Shown piece by piece: positions 46,289-57,303 of a stretch of DNA of 64,000 nucleotides. A program made the position numbers and the translations under genes. The DNA comes from Thiobacillus sp. GTDB taxonomy: Bacteria > Pseudomonadota > Gammaproteobacteria > Burkholderiales > Thiobacillaceae. The stretch lies in the NCBI GenBank assembly GCA_046292745.1, contig JBKBQH010000009.1, positions 10,360 to 74,359 on the forward strand, in the 5' to 3' direction. The notes beneath the pieces were generated by a model. That model had not been told where the DNA came from. It did no database searches and saw only the letters and a program-made list of their open reading frames with translations. Numbering within the stretch: the first letter of the stretch is position 1; every line of letters starts with the position of its first letter.

Positions 46289-46403
46289 TATCCGCGAAGG
46301 GCGCGAAGGGCCACGAAGAAAGTCAGAAGCAGGAGTGGCGAAGCTTGATCGCTCGCCATTTGTTCCTGTTTTGCTTCGTGTTCCTTCGCGTCCTTCGCGG
46401 ATA
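46289..46403. repeat. REP-like imperfect palindromic element B
   Basis: The arms are tatccgcgaagggcgcgaagggccacgaag (46289..46318) and cttcgtgttccttcgcgtccttcgcggata (46374..46403). They are 27/30 complementary, each arm is internally tandem (tccttcgcg x2), and the loop is 55 nt. Confidence 0.65.
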
Positions 46404-46410
46404 AAGCTTT

Positions 46411-46442
46411 GAAAAGGGCAGGCACGGGCCCGCCCCTGCTGC
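46411..46442 (-). terminator. Possible intrinsic terminator after the rubrerythrin gene
   Basis: Minus strand reads GCAGGGGCGGGCCCGTGCCTGC followed by CCTTTTC, beginning 10 nt after the rubrerythrin stop. Confidence 0.4.
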
Positions 46443-46451
46443 GAGAGCGAA

Positions 46452-46871
46452 TCAGGCGCCCAGGCTGTCCAGGGTTTTCTGGAACTTGTTGGCGTGGCTG
46501 CGCTCGGCCTTGGCCAGCGTCTCGAACCAGTCGGCGATCTCGTCGAAGCCTTCGGCACGCGCATCCTTGGCCATGCCCGGGTACATGTCGGTGTATTCGT
46601 GGGTTTCACCGGCGATCGCGGTCTTCAGGTTCTCGGCGGTGGGGCCGAAGGGCATGCCGGTGGCGGGGTCGCCGCACTTTTCCAGATACTCGAGGTGGCC
46701 ATGGGCGTGGCCGGTTTCGCCTTCGGCGGTGGAGCGGAAGACGGCGGCAACGTCGTTGTAGCCTTCCACGTCAGCCTTGGCTGCGAAGTAGAGGTAGCGG
46801 CGGTTGGCCTGCGATTCGCCGGCGAAGGCGTCTTTCAGATGCTGTTCGGTTTTGGAACCTTTGAGTTGCAT
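46452..46871 (-). CDS. Rubrerythrin-family diiron protein (no rubredoxin domain)
   Basis: 139 aa. [30 protein letters not shown]..., with [10 protein letters not shown] and ExxH diiron ligands repeated ([18 protein letters not shown]). Confidence 0.88.
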   Translation of the reverse strand: MQLKGSKTEQHLKDAFAGESQANRRYLYFAAKADVEGYNDVAAVFRSTAEGETGHAHGHLEYLEKCGDPATGMPFGPTAENLKTAIAGETHEYTDMYPGMAKDARAEGFDEIADWFETLAKAERSHANKFQKTLDSLGA

Positions 46872-46978
46872 AACCTGATCTCCTTGATGACAAAAATGTG
46901 CTGGGCAGCACTGACAATAATCCCCCTACTTGCCAACAGGTTTTTTATAGCACCTGGCGGCCGAAGGGAATCCGGTTT

Positions 46979-46993
46979 TTAGACTTAGTCTAA
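46979..46993. promoter_or_regulatory. Perfect 7-1-7 palindrome TTAGACT-T-AGTCTAA in the divergent rubrerythrin/msrB promoter region
   Basis: Read directly from the sequence. It lies 108 nt from the rubrerythrin start and 77 nt from the msrB start, in an AT-rich spacer. Confidence 0.4.
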
Positions 46994-47069
46994 TACCTGA
47001 ACGAAGATTAAACCCGCTACGATGACGCTGTCAACCTCGTTTACACTCTTTGTTACTGCGGAGCGCATC

Positions 47070-47471
47070 ATGACCTTTGACAAGACCCGAACCGACGCCG
47101 AATGGCGCACAATCCTCACCCCCGAGCAATACCGCATCCTGCGTGAACACGGCACCGAACGCGCCTTCAGCGGACAATACTGGGACCATCACGAGGCCGG
47201 TGAGTACCACTGCGCCGCCTGTGGCGAGCCGCTGTTTGCGTCTGACAGCAAGTTCGATTCCGGCACCGGCTGGCCGAGCTTCACCCAGGCGCTGAACCCC
47301 GACGCGGTGGCCGAAAAGACAGACGTGAGCCACGGCATGGTGCGCATCGAGGCGCTGTGCCGGCGCTGCGGCTCGCACCTCGGCCACGTTTTCCCGGACG
47401 GCCCCGCCCCCACCGGGATGCGCTACTGCATCAACTCGGCGTCGCTCGCCTTCCATAAAAAGCAGGACTGA
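47070..47471 (+). CDS. msrB: Peptide-methionine (R)-S-oxide reductase
   Basis: ORF trimmed to ATG 47070 ([35 protein letters not shown]...). Zinc CxxC pairs ([20 protein letters not shown]) and catalytic RYCINS. Confidence 0.93.
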   Translation: MTFDKTRTDAEWRTILTPEQYRILREHGTERAFSGQYWDHHEAGEYHCAACGEPLFASDSKFDSGTGWPSFTQALNPDAVAEKTDVSHGMVRIEALCRRCGSHLGHVFPDGPAPTGMRYCINSASLAFHKKQD

Positions 47472-47474
47472 GCC

Positions 47475-48179
47475 TTGCACAGCTTCGACGCACGAATCGC
47501 GGCGATCACGCCCGCCACGCCCAGCATACGCGCGCTGCGGCTCGCCATCGCCGACCCCGGCTTCCGCTTCCTGCCCGGCCAGTGGGTCGATCTCAGCGTC
47601 GACCTCGACGGCGCCTCCCACACAGCCGGTTATTCGATCACCACCTCGCCGCGGCACCACGGCGAAATCGAACTCGCGATCAAGGCCAGCGCCCGCCACC
47701 CCGTCGCCCGCTGGGCGCACGAGCAGGCACGGGTCGGCGACCGCGTGCGCGTGAGCCAGGGCCAGGGGCCTTTCGTGTATCTCCCGGAAATGAGCGACAA
47801 CGTCGTGCTGATCGGCGGCGGCGTCGGCATCACCCCGCTGCTGTCCATCTTCCGCCATGTGCGCGACGCCGGGCTGCCGACACAGGCGCACCTGGTCTAC
47901 AGCGTGTCCGACAGCCGCGAGATCCTGTTCAAGGACGAGCTCGAGGCTGCCGCGCGCGCGCATGACAACCTGCATGTCACGCTGACCGTCACCCAGCCCG
48001 ATCCGTCCTGGCACGGCCTTACCGGCCGCGTCGACCCGGTCAAGCTGCATGCGCTCGACGTGCCCGACGACACGCTCTACTACCTGTGCGGGCCCAAGGG
48101 CATGGTCGAGGACATGAGCACGCTGCTGCATACGCTCGGCGTACCGATGAGCCGCATCATTTTCGAGAAGTGGTGGTAG
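47475..48179 (+). CDS. FNR-type FAD/NAD(P)-binding oxidoreductase
   Basis: 234 aa with TTG start. GYSITTSP (FAD-binding RxYS-like motif), VLIGGGVGITPLLS (NAD-binding), and a C-terminal YLCGPKGMV. Starts 3 nt after msrB. Confidence 0.75.
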   Translation: MHSFDARIAAITPATPSIRALRLAIADPGFRFLPGQWVDLSVDLDGASHTAGYSITTSPRHHGEIELAIKASARHPVARWAHEQARVGDRVRVSQGQGPFVYLPEMSDNVVLIGGGVGITPLLSIFRHVRDAGLPTQAHLVYSVSDSREILFKDELEAAARAHDNLHVTLTVTQPDPSWHGLTGRVDPVKLHALDVPDDTLYYLCGPKGMVEDMSTLLHTLGVPMSRIIFEKWW

Positions 48180-48205
48180 GCTCGGCCTGTTCCCGTTGAT
48201 CCTCC

Positions 48206-49156
48206 ATGGAGACACCTATGCGCTTCGCCTTCCTGTTCGCCGCCCTCGCCTGCTGCAGCGCCGCCCTCGCCGGCCCCAATGACGTCGTGCCTCCCTATCC
48301 GCCGCAAAAGGTCGACGCCGACACCTACGTGATCCATGGCCCGCAGGGCGTACCCTCGGTAAAGAACCGGGGCTTCATGAACAATCCCGCATGGGTCGTC
48401 ACCGCCGACGGCGTCGTCGTGATCGATCCGGGCTCGAGCGTGCAGGCCGGCCGCATGGTCGTCGCGCAATTGAAGAAGACGACGAACAAGCCCGTCACCC
48501 ACGTCTTCAACACCCACGTGCACGGCGACCACTGGCTCGGCAACCAGGCCGTGCTCGAAGCCTGGCCTGGTGCCGTCATCATCGCCCACCCCGAGATGAT
48601 CCGTCGGGCCAGGGATGGGGCAGACCGGTTCTGGCTCAACCTCATGTCGAACCTGACAAAAGGCTATACGGACGGCACCCGCGCGGTGATCCCCACGGTC
48701 AGCGCCACCGACGGCCAGACATTCAGGATCGGCGGCAAGACCTTCCGCATCCACGCCTCCGACGACGCGCACAGCAAGACCGATCTCATGATAGAAATCG
48801 TCGAGGACCGCATCCTCTTCACCGGCGACAACGTGCTCCATCGCCAGGTGATGAATCTGCGCGACGGCACCTTCAAGGGCGTGATGAAAGCCACCCAGCG
48901 CGCCTACGACCTCGATGCCAGGCGCTATATCCCCGGCCACGGCAAGACCGGCGACCGCAAGCTCGTCGAAGAACAGAAAGCCTGGTTCGACATCCTGATG
49001 GCGGAAGTGCGCCGCATGTACGACGAAGGCAAGAGCGACTTCGAGATGAAGCCCGTCATCGCCGACAAGCTCAAGGCCTACCGCAAATGGGCAGAGTTCG
49101 ACGCCAATCTCGGCCCGCAGATCAGCCTGGCGATTCTGGAGATCGAGCAGGAATAG
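48206..49156 (+). CDS. Secreted MBL-fold metallo-hydrolase
   Basis: 316 aa. Signal peptide (MRFAFLFAALACCSAALAG) and HVHGDH motif. Confidence 0.75.
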   Translation: METPMRFAFLFAALACCSAALAGPNDVVPPYPPQKVDADTYVIHGPQGVPSVKNRGFMNNPAWVVTADGVVVIDPGSSVQAGRMVVAQLKKTTNKPVTHVFNTHVHGDHWLGNQAVLEAWPGAVIIAHPEMIRRARDGADRFWLNLMSNLTKGYTDGTRAVIPTVSATDGQTFRIGGKTFRIHASDDAHSKTDLMIEIVEDRILFTGDNVLHRQVMNLRDGTFKGVMKATQRAYDLDARRYIPGHGKTGDRKLVEEQKAWFDILMAEVRRMYDEGKSDFEMKPVIADKLKAYRKWAEFDANLGPQISLAILEIEQE

Positions 49157-49177
49157 GCCGCAGCCGCAGCGACCGGA

Positions 49178-49518
49178 TCAATCGTGCAGCCGGGTGACGC
49201 TCGCGATCCGTCCCGGCTGCCACTCCCCGTCCAGGTTCACCCATTCGACGCGCTCGCCTAGCATGCGCACGACGCCGGGCCGGCGGTTGTCGCCGGTGTC
49301 GGAAAACTCGAAGCGGAAATCGCGCTGGAAGCGCAGCTGGCCGCTGCCGTCGCGCGCGAGGCGCAGGCGCGCGAGCGCGACGCTGTCGTCGAGCAGTTGC
49401 AGCCCCGCGTCCTGGCAGGCGCGGCGGCTGGCGGCGACGGCCTGTTCCCGCGCGTGCAGGCCGGCGTACCCGTACCAGGCGACTGCGGCAAACAGCCCGA
49501 GCAGCAGGATTTCCCAGC

Positions 49519-49522
<4 letters not shown>
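49178..49522 (-). CDS. DUF3301-like small membrane-anchored protein
   Basis: 114 aa. N-terminal TM helix, then ...RRACQDAGLQLLDDSVALARLRLARDGSGQLRFQRDFRFEFSDTG.... Family assignment is from memory. Confidence 0.5.
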
Positions 49523-50900
<1,378 letters not shown>

Positions 50901-50904
<4 letters not shown>

Positions 50905-51659
50905 AGTTTTATCCAGTCAAATCCAGTGGTCTGGCATGCCACGCGCACCTCGCCATCGGCGCAATCGAGCGCCTGGGCCAGTGCGCGCCGGGCGAGCACG
51001 TCGGTATTGTTCTTCTTCGACACATGGGCAGCGATCACGCATTGCAGCTTGCCGTGTCTGAGCTTCGCCAGCAGCGCCGCCGACTGGCCGTTTTCCAGAT
51101 GGCCGAAGCGCCCGCCGACGCGCCGCTTGAGGCTCGCCGGATACGGCCCATTTTCCAGCATTTCGGCATCGTGGTTGCACTCCAGCACCAGCGCGTCGAC
51201 GCCGGCGAGCACCGCCTCGATGTGCGGCGTGCTGCAGCCGGCGTCGGTGAGCACGCCGAGCCGGCGGTTGCCGTCGCCGAACACATATTGCACCGGCTCG
51301 CGCGCGTCGTGCGGGACCGGGTAGGGCTGGATCTCCAGCCCGTCGACCGCGAACGCGGCGTGGCTGTCGATCACCTGCACCGTCACGCCGTCGAGATCCT
51401 GCGCCATCGCCCGGGTGCCGGCGGTGAGCCACACCGGCAGCCCGTGCCTGCGCGCGAGCCGCCCCACCCCGCCGATATGGTCGCTGTGCTCGTGGGTCAC
51501 CACGATACCGGCGAGATCCCGGGGTTGCAGTCCCAGCCGCGCCAGACGCGCCACGCTGTCGGCGAGCCCGAAGCCGCAGTCCATCAGCACCCGGGTGCCG
51601 CCGGCCTCGACCACCAGGCCGTTGCCTTCGCTACCGCTGCCGAGACTGGCGAACCGCAC
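50901..51659 (-). CDS. MBL-fold metallo-hydrolase
   Basis: 252 aa. MRFASLGSGSEGNG... and THEHSDH motif. Confidence 0.75.
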
Positions 51660-51672
51660 GGTCCGGCCCCGC

Positions 51673-52773
51673 TTATTTCAGTTCCTTGTGCAGGAGATTG
51701 AGAATGCGCGTCTGCGTGTTGGCATCCGCGTCCTTGCCGTCTGCACCGCTCACGCTGACCCGGCTCTTGTCACCGGCCTCGCGCACGACGATCTGCAGTT
51801 GCGGGGAGGTCTGCGGTTTCTTGCTGCGCCAGAAGGCCAGCCTGGCGAAGATCCCTTCGTCGCGCTTGCTCTCGTTGTCGATCTGCGGGTCGATGTAGCG
51901 CACGTAGTACACGCCCTTGGAGCGGTCGCGATCCTCCACCGCGAAGCCGACGCGGTCGAGCGCGAGGCCAACGCGGCGCCAGGCGCGGTCGAAGCTCTCG
52001 TCCATTTCGAGCTGCGGCGTCGCGCCGTCGCGCACGATGCGCGCCATCTCGGGGGCGCGTTGCTGTGCCAGCAGGGTCTGCGCGCGGCTCTCCTCGACGC
52101 CGAAGCGCAGCATCAGGCGGCGCAGCATTTCGGCTTCGAGTTCGGGGTCGGCCGGACGCGGCTGCCACACGGTTCTGTCCTTGTTGGCGGAATCGTAGAC
52201 TTCCTGCATGCCACGGTGGCTGACGTAGATCTCGACGCCGCCGGGGCCCTGCTCGATGCGGGTGCGGAACTTGTCGCGCTCCGCCGTCGAATACAGGCCG
52301 TCGAGCACGCGGCCGATGGTGCGACGGATCACGTCCTGCGGAATCTTGGCCCGGTTCTCCGCCCAGTCGGTTTCCATCACGCCGGTCTCAGGGGATTCGA
52401 GATTGATGAGAAAACCGGTTTCCTGCCAGAAATCCTTGATCACCGGCCACACCTGTTGCGGCGTCGCCTGCACCACCAGCCAGCGCTGGCTGCCGGCACG
52501 CTCGATGCGCGCCTTTTCCTGTTGCGGCAGCAGGGTCTGCGCGCTGGCGGGCGCGGCACGGCGTTCCTGGCTGTAGGCCGACAGCGTGGCGGTGCCGCTG
52601 CCCTGGGTGTCGGGAATCGCGTAGCGGTTGTCGCCGGTCGGCGCGGTGAGATCGGGCGGCACTTCCAGCGTCGGCGCCTTGCCGGCGGACTTGTAGTCGA
52701 TCTTCTTGGTTTCGATGAAGCCACAGCTCGACAGGCTCAGGGCGGCGATCAGGAACAGGGGCAATACACGCAT
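51673..52773 (-). CDS. bamC: Outer membrane protein assembly factor BamC (NlpB)
   Basis: 366 aa. Lipobox LSLSSCG. Lies immediately downstream of dapA, the conserved dapA-bamC pair. Confidence 0.7.
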   Translation of the reverse strand: MRVLPLFLIAALSLSSCGFIETKKIDYKSAGKAPTLEVPPDLTAPTGDNRYAIPDTQGSGTATLSAYSQERRAAPASAQTLLPQQEKARIERAGSQRWLVVQATPQQVWPVIKDFWQETGFLINLESPETGVMETDWAENRAKIPQDVIRRTIGRVLDGLYSTAERDKFRTRIEQGPGGVEIYVSHRGMQEVYDSANKDRTVWQPRPADPELEAEMLRRLMLRFGVEESRAQTLLAQQRAPEMARIVRDGATPQLEMDESFDRAWRRVGLALDRVGFAVEDRDRSKGVYYVRYIDPQIDNESKRDEGIFARLAFWRSKKPQTSPQLQIVVREAGDKSRVSVSGADGKDADANTQTRILNLLHKELK

Positions 52774-52795
52774 GGAGGCAGTCCTAGGCGAAGGC

Positions 52796-53686
52796 TTAGA
52801 TCAAACCGGCATGACGCAGGGCGTCGCGCAGGGTGTCGTGGTGGCCGGCCGACAGCGGCGTCAGCGGCAGGCGCAGGCCGGACGGAATCAGGCCAAGCTC
52901 GGCGCAGGCCCATTTCACGGGAATCGGGTTGGCCTCGACGAAGAGCCTGCCGTGCAGCGGCAGCAGCCTGTTGTTGAGTTCGCGCGCATGCGCGAGGTTC
53001 CCCGCGAACGCCGCCACGCATAGCTCGTGCATCAGCTTCGGGGCGACGTTGGCGGTGACCGAGATCACGCCGTGGCCGCCCAGCAGCATGAAGGGCAGCG
53101 CCGAGGCGTCGTCGCCGCTGTACAGCGCGAAGTGCGGCGGCGCGCGGCGCAGCAGGTCGGCCGCGCGCTCCATGTTGCCGGTCGCGTCCTTGAGGCCGAC
53201 GACGCCAGGCACCTGGGCGAGGCGCAGCGCGGTGTCGTTGGCGAGGTCCGCGACGGTGCGGCCAGGCACGTTGTACAGGATCAGCGGCAGGTCGACCGCC
53301 TCGGCGATCTTCCTGTAATGCTGGTAGAGGCCTTCCTGCGTCGGCTTGTTGTAGTACGGTACGACCGACAGGCCGGCCGCAGCGCCGGACGCCTTCGCGC
53401 ATGCGGTGAGTTCGATCGCCTCGCTGGTGGAATTGGCGCCGGTGCCGGCGATCACCGGCACGCGTCCCGCCGCCTGCTCGACCGCGGTACGGATGAGCAG
53501 GCAATGCTCGTCGAAATCGACCGTGGGCGATTCTCCCGTGGTGCCGACGACGACGATGCCGTCCGTGCCTTCTGCGATGTGCCAGTCGACGAGACGGCGC
53601 AGCGCGTCGAGATCGAGCGCGCCGTCCTCGCTCATGGGGGTCACGATCGCAACCAGGCTGCCTGTGGGCGTTGTAATGTCTGCCAT
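52796..53686 (-). CDS. dapA: 4-hydroxy-tetrahydrodipicolinate synthase
   Basis: The 396-aa ORF is trimmed to ATG 53686 ([53 protein letters not shown]...), giving 296 aa. Confidence 0.93.
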   Translation of the reverse strand: MADITTPTGSLVAIVTPMSEDGALDLDALRRLVDWHIAEGTDGIVVVGTTGESPTVDFDEHCLLIRTAVEQAAGRVPVIAGTGANSTSEAIELTACAKASGAAAGLSVVPYYNKPTQEGLYQHYRKIAEAVDLPLILYNVPGRTVADLANDTALRLAQVPGVVGLKDATGNMERAADLLRRAPPHFALYSGDDASALPFMLLGGHGVISVTANVAPKLMHELCVAAFAGNLAHARELNNRLLPLHGRLFVEANPIPVKWACAELGLIPSGLRLPLTPLSAGHHDTLRDALRHAGLI

Positions 53687-53804
53687 GCGGTAAGGGCCGC
53701 GTGCGGCCCGATATGCGGGCGGCACGTCAAGTCTAGGATAAATGCGGCATTCTAATCCATCTGACCCCGCGTCGCGCTGTCGGCGTGCCGGACCGGGCCG
53801 GAGC

Positions 53805-55199
53805 CTAGGCCTGCGGGGGACGCGGGTTGTGCCAGCGCCCGCCTGCGAGCAACAGGTCGGCCTCGGCCGGCCCCCAGGTGCCGGGCTCGTAGGCGCAGAC
53901 CGGGTCGCTGTGCACCAGCACCGGTTCGACCACGCGCCACGCCGCCTCGACCGCGTCCTGGCGGGCGAACAGCATGGCCTCGCCATCCATCGCGTCGCCC
54001 AGCAGGCGCTCGTAGGCGCTCATCTCGTCCGGGTGGTCGTTGCACACGTAGAGTTCGACCGGCCGTCCGACCATGCGGTCGCCGGCGTTCTTGGTGCGCG
54101 CGCCGAGCGCGATCGACACCGTCGGCGACAGCCGCATGCGCAGGTAGTTGGGCGCCAGCGGCCCCGATTCTGACAGCGCGAACACGCGCTGCGGCGGCAG
54201 CTGGAATTCGGCGCGGATCTCGGTGGTGGTGATCGGCAGGCGCTTGCCGGTGCGCACGATGAAGGGCACGCCGGCCCAGCGCCAGGTGTCGATGTAGAAA
54301 CGCACCGCGGCGAAGGTTTCGGTGTCCGAGCCGCGCGCCACGCCTGCCTCCTGCCGGTAGCCCTCGTACTGCCCGCGCACCACGTCGCCCGGCGCCAGCG
54401 GCCGGATCGCCTTCAGGAGCTTGGCCTGCTCGTCGCGCACCGCCTCGGCGCTGGTGCCGAGCGGCGGCTCCATCGCCAGCAGCGCGAGAATTTGCAGCAG
54501 ATGATTCTGCAGCACGTCGCGGACCGCGCCGACCGAATCGTAGAAGCGCCCGCGACCGGCGACACCGAAACTTTCCGACATGGTGATCTGCACCTGGCGG
54601 ATGTGATTGCGGTTCCAGATCGGCTCGAGGAAGGAGTTGGCGAAGCGGAAGTACAGGATGTTCTGCACCGCCTCCTTGCCGAGATAATGGTCGATGCGGA
54701 AGATGCCCGATTCCGGCAGCGCCTCGTGCAGCGTGGCGTTGAGCGACTTCGCCGATTCGAGGTCGCGGCCGAAGGGTTTTTCGACCACCACCCGCGCCCC
54801 TTCGGTGCAGCCGGCCGCGGCGAGCCCGCGCACCACCACCGGGAACATCGACGGCGGGATGGCGAGGTAGTGCAGCGGATGCTTGCGGTGCTCGAGCGCG
54901 CGGCGCAACGCAACGAAGGTTTCCGGATCAGCGTAGTCGCCGTTGATGTAGGTGAGCAGGCTGGCGAGGTTGCGGAACACGCCGTCGTCGGCGCCGCCGC
55001 CGAATTCGTCGATGCCGGCACGGGCGTGCGCGCGCAGGCGGTCCAGGTCCCAGCCATCCGTGTGCGCCACGCAGACGATGGGCGGCAGCGTGCGGCCGTG
55101 ACGCAGCATGTCGTGCAGCGCGGGGAAGATCTTGCGCCGCGCCAGGTCGCCGGTGGCGCCGAACAGCACCAGCGCATCCGACTGGAAATTTCCGCTCAT
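53805..55199 (-). CDS. zwf: Glucose-6-phosphate dehydrogenase
   Basis: 464 aa. [12 protein letters not shown] dinucleotide motif and RIDHYLGKE active-site motif. Confidence 0.92.
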   Translation of the reverse strand: MSGNFQSDALVLFGATGDLARRKIFPALHDMLRHGRTLPPIVCVAHTDGWDLDRLRAHARAGIDEFGGGADDGVFRNLASLLTYINGDYADPETFVALRRALEHRKHPLHYLAIPPSMFPVVVRGLAAAGCTEGARVVVEKPFGRDLESAKSLNATLHEALPESGIFRIDHYLGKEAVQNILYFRFANSFLEPIWNRNHIRQVQITMSESFGVAGRGRFYDSVGAVRDVLQNHLLQILALLAMEPPLGTSAEAVRDEQAKLLKAIRPLAPGDVVRGQYEGYRQEAGVARGSDTETFAAVRFYIDTWRWAGVPFIVRTGKRLPITTTEIRAEFQLPPQRVFALSESGPLAPNYLRMRLSPTVSIALGARTKNAGDRMVGRPVELYVCNDHPDEMSAYERLLGDAMDGEAMLFARQDAVEAAWRVVEPVLVHSDPVCAYEPGTWGPAEADLLLAGGRWHNPRPPQA

Positions 55200-55231
55200 C
55201 TCCCGTTTACCTCCCGTGCCTCATCCCTGCC

Positions 55232-55975
55232 CTATCGCAAGCCGTCCAGCCAACCGCCGAGCTGGCCGATGCCGAGCGCCATGGCCTGGGCGACGCGCGG
55301 CACCGCCCAGATCCAGGCCATCATCAGTCCCAGGGCGGCTAGGCCGAGGCCGACCGAAAACATGTCAAGCCCCGGCGTGGTGCGCGCAACGATACCGAAG
55401 GCGAGTTGCACCAGCAACGCCAGCGCAAGCAAGGGCAGCGCCAGTTGCAGCCCGGTGGCGAACAGCCAGCCGCCGGCTTCGGCCAACTGGCGCAGGTCCG
55501 GCGCAGCGGGCAGCAACGCCACCGGTATCGCCGCGAAGCTGTCGCGCAGCGCGTCGACCACCAGCAGATGCCCGCTCGCGCCGAGGAAGGCGAGCGCCGC
55601 CAGCCAGCCGGCCAGCGCGCGCCAGGCGGCGTCGGCGGGCGCTGCCTGCTCGGGCGTCAGGTTCAGGAGGCCGCCGGTCGCGGTGTGGCCGGTCCACACG
55701 AAGGCCAGCGTCACCGCCGCGAACACCAGCCACACGGCGAGCGCCAGCGCCGCACCCCACACCGCCTCGAGCGCCAGTGCCAGCACGCCCTGCAGGCTGA
55801 ACGCCGACAGCGTGACGGCCGCCAGTCCCGGCGCCAGCGCCGCGGCCAGCACCGCGGCCAGCATCAGGCGCAATGACCACGGCAGGCGGCCCGTCAGCGG
55901 GTCGAGCAGCGTCCAGCCGGCGAGCCGGGCGAACGCGAACAGCCAGGCGGAGAATGCGGCTTCACTCAGCGGCAC
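55232..55975 (-). CDS. fliR: Flagellar-type export apparatus protein FliR (SctT family)
   Basis: 247 aa multi-TM protein. Follows fliQ, and the FliR-like pattern ...LALPLLALALLVQLAFGIVARTTPGLDMFSVG... is present. Confidence 0.8.
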   Translation of the reverse strand: MPLSEAAFSAWLFAFARLAGWTLLDPLTGRLPWSLRLMLAAVLAAALAPGLAAVTLSAFSLQGVLALALEAVWGAALALAVWLVFAAVTLAFVWTGHTATGGLLNLTPEQAAPADAAWRALAGWLAALAFLGASGHLLVVDALRDSFAAIPVALLPAAPDLRQLAEAGGWLFATGLQLALPLLALALLVQLAFGIVARTTPGLDMFSVGLGLAALGLMMAWIWAVPRVAQAMALGIGQLGGWLDGLR

Positions 55976-55982
55976 GGGCAGT

Positions 55983-56237
55983 TCACTCCAGCAGCGCCGG
56001 GAAATCGGTCAGCAGGGTGCGCGCGAACCCGGTCAGCTGGCCGCCCATCCAGCCGCCCAGCGCGGCCAGCACGAGCAGCATCACGATGAGCTTGGGCACG
56101 AAGGACAGCGTCGGCTCGAGGATCTGCGTCGTCGCCTGGAACAGGCTGACCGCGATGGCGACCGCGAGCCCCGCCAGCAGTACCGGGCCCGCCACCACCA
56201 CCAGCAGCCAGAACGCGTCGCGGGCGAGGGCTTCCAT
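55983..56237 (-). CDS. fliQ: Flagellar-type export apparatus protein FliQ (SctS family)
   Basis: ORF trimmed to ATG 56237 (MEALARDAFWLLVVVAGPVLLAGLAVAIAVSLFQATTQILEPTLSFVPKL...), giving 84 aa. ATGA overlap with the fliP stop. Confidence 0.8.
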   Translation of the reverse strand: MEALARDAFWLLVVVAGPVLLAGLAVAIAVSLFQATTQILEPTLSFVPKLIVMLLVLAALGGWMGGQLTGFARTLLTDFPALLE

Positions 56238-56965
56238 CAGAAGGATCCGATCAGCGAGCCGACCAGCAGGTGCCAGCCGTCGACGGTGACGAACAGCAGC
56301 AGCTTCAGCGGCAGCGATACCAGCTGCGGCGGCAGCATGATGACGCCGAGCGCGGTCAGCACCGCCGCGACCACCAGGTCGATCAGCAGGAAGGGCAGGA
56401 TGACCATGAAGCCGATCTGGAACGCGGTCTTGAGTTCGCTGGTGAGGAAGGCCGGCGCCAGCACGGCGAGCGGCACGCTGTCGACCCGGGCCGGATCGAT
56501 GGTCTTGTCGTCGCCGATGAACAGATCGAGATCTTCGGCACGCGTCTGCCGCAGCATGAAGGCCTTGAGCGGCTCCGCCGCCCGCTCGGCGGCGGTGTTG
56601 AAGTCGAGCGTGCCTGCAAGAAACGGCTGGTAGGCCTCGGCGTTGAGGGTCTTGATCGCCGGCGACATGACGAAGACCGTCAACAGCACCGCCAGCCCCG
56701 TCAGCACCAGGTTGGGCGGCGCGGTCGAGCTGCCCAGCCCCTGCCGCAGCAGGAACAGCACGACCGCGATGCGGGTAAAGGCGGTGAACGCCAGCAGCAG
56801 CGCCGGCAGGAAGGGAAACAGCAGCAGCCACGGCAGGCTCGCGCCCGGCACGCCGATCACCTGTCCGCCCGCGCCCGGCGTCACCGCCAGCAGCGGCACC
56901 GTCGCCTCGGCGCCAAGTGCCGGCAGGCTTGCCGCCAGCGCCGCCATCCCCAGCGCCACCCTCAT
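56237..56965 (-). CDS. fliP: Flagellar-type export apparatus protein FliP (SctR family)
   Basis: ORF trimmed to ATG 56965, giving 242 aa. Conserved FTRIAVVLFLLRQGLG, APAFLTSELKTAFQIGF and PFLLIDLVVA regions. ATGA overlap with the fliO stop. Confidence 0.88.
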   Translation of the reverse strand: MRVALGMAALAASLPALGAEATVPLLAVTPGAGGQVIGVPGASLPWLLLFPFLPALLLAFTAFTRIAVVLFLLRQGLGSSTAPPNLVLTGLAVLLTVFVMSPAIKTLNAEAYQPFLAGTLDFNTAAERAAEPLKAFMLRQTRAEDLDLFIGDDKTIDPARVDSVPLAVLAPAFLTSELKTAFQIGFMVILPFLLIDLVVAAVLTALGVIMLPPQLVSLPLKLLLFVTVDGWHLLVGSLIGSF

Positions 56966-57303
56966 CGCGCGGACTCCGTCGCGCCTGGGGCACGCGCCGG
57001 TTTCGGCAGCGTGTGCAGCAGGCGCACGTTGCCGCCGCCCACGCCGAGCAGCAGCCAAGTGTCGTCGACCTCGACGATCACGACGCGCTCGCGCGCGCCG
57101 ACCGCAGCCGAACCGACCACTTTCACGTTCCCCTGTCCCCCCAGGCCGGGCAGGTAGCGGCGCACGAACCAGGCCACGGCGACAAAGCCGCCGAGTATGA
57201 GGGCCAGGCTCGACAGCACGGTGAACACGCTGCCCGTCGCGTCAGTTGCCGCGTGCGCGGGCAGTGCCGCCAGCAGCAGCGTTGTCGCCATCCCTCTACG
57301 CAT
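56962..57303 (-). CDS. fliO: FliO-like small single-pass protein
   Basis: 113 aa. One TM helix (VFTVLSSLALILGGFVAVAWFVRRY), then ...VVGSAAVGARERVVIVEVDDTWLLLGV.., which is FliO-like. It lies directly upstream of fliP. Confidence 0.6.
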   Translation of the reverse strand: MRRGMATTLLLAALPAHAATDATGSVFTVLSSLALILGGFVAVAWFVRRYLPGLGGQGNVKVVGSAAVGARERVVIVEVDDTWLLLGVGGGNVRLLHTLPKPARAPGATESAR

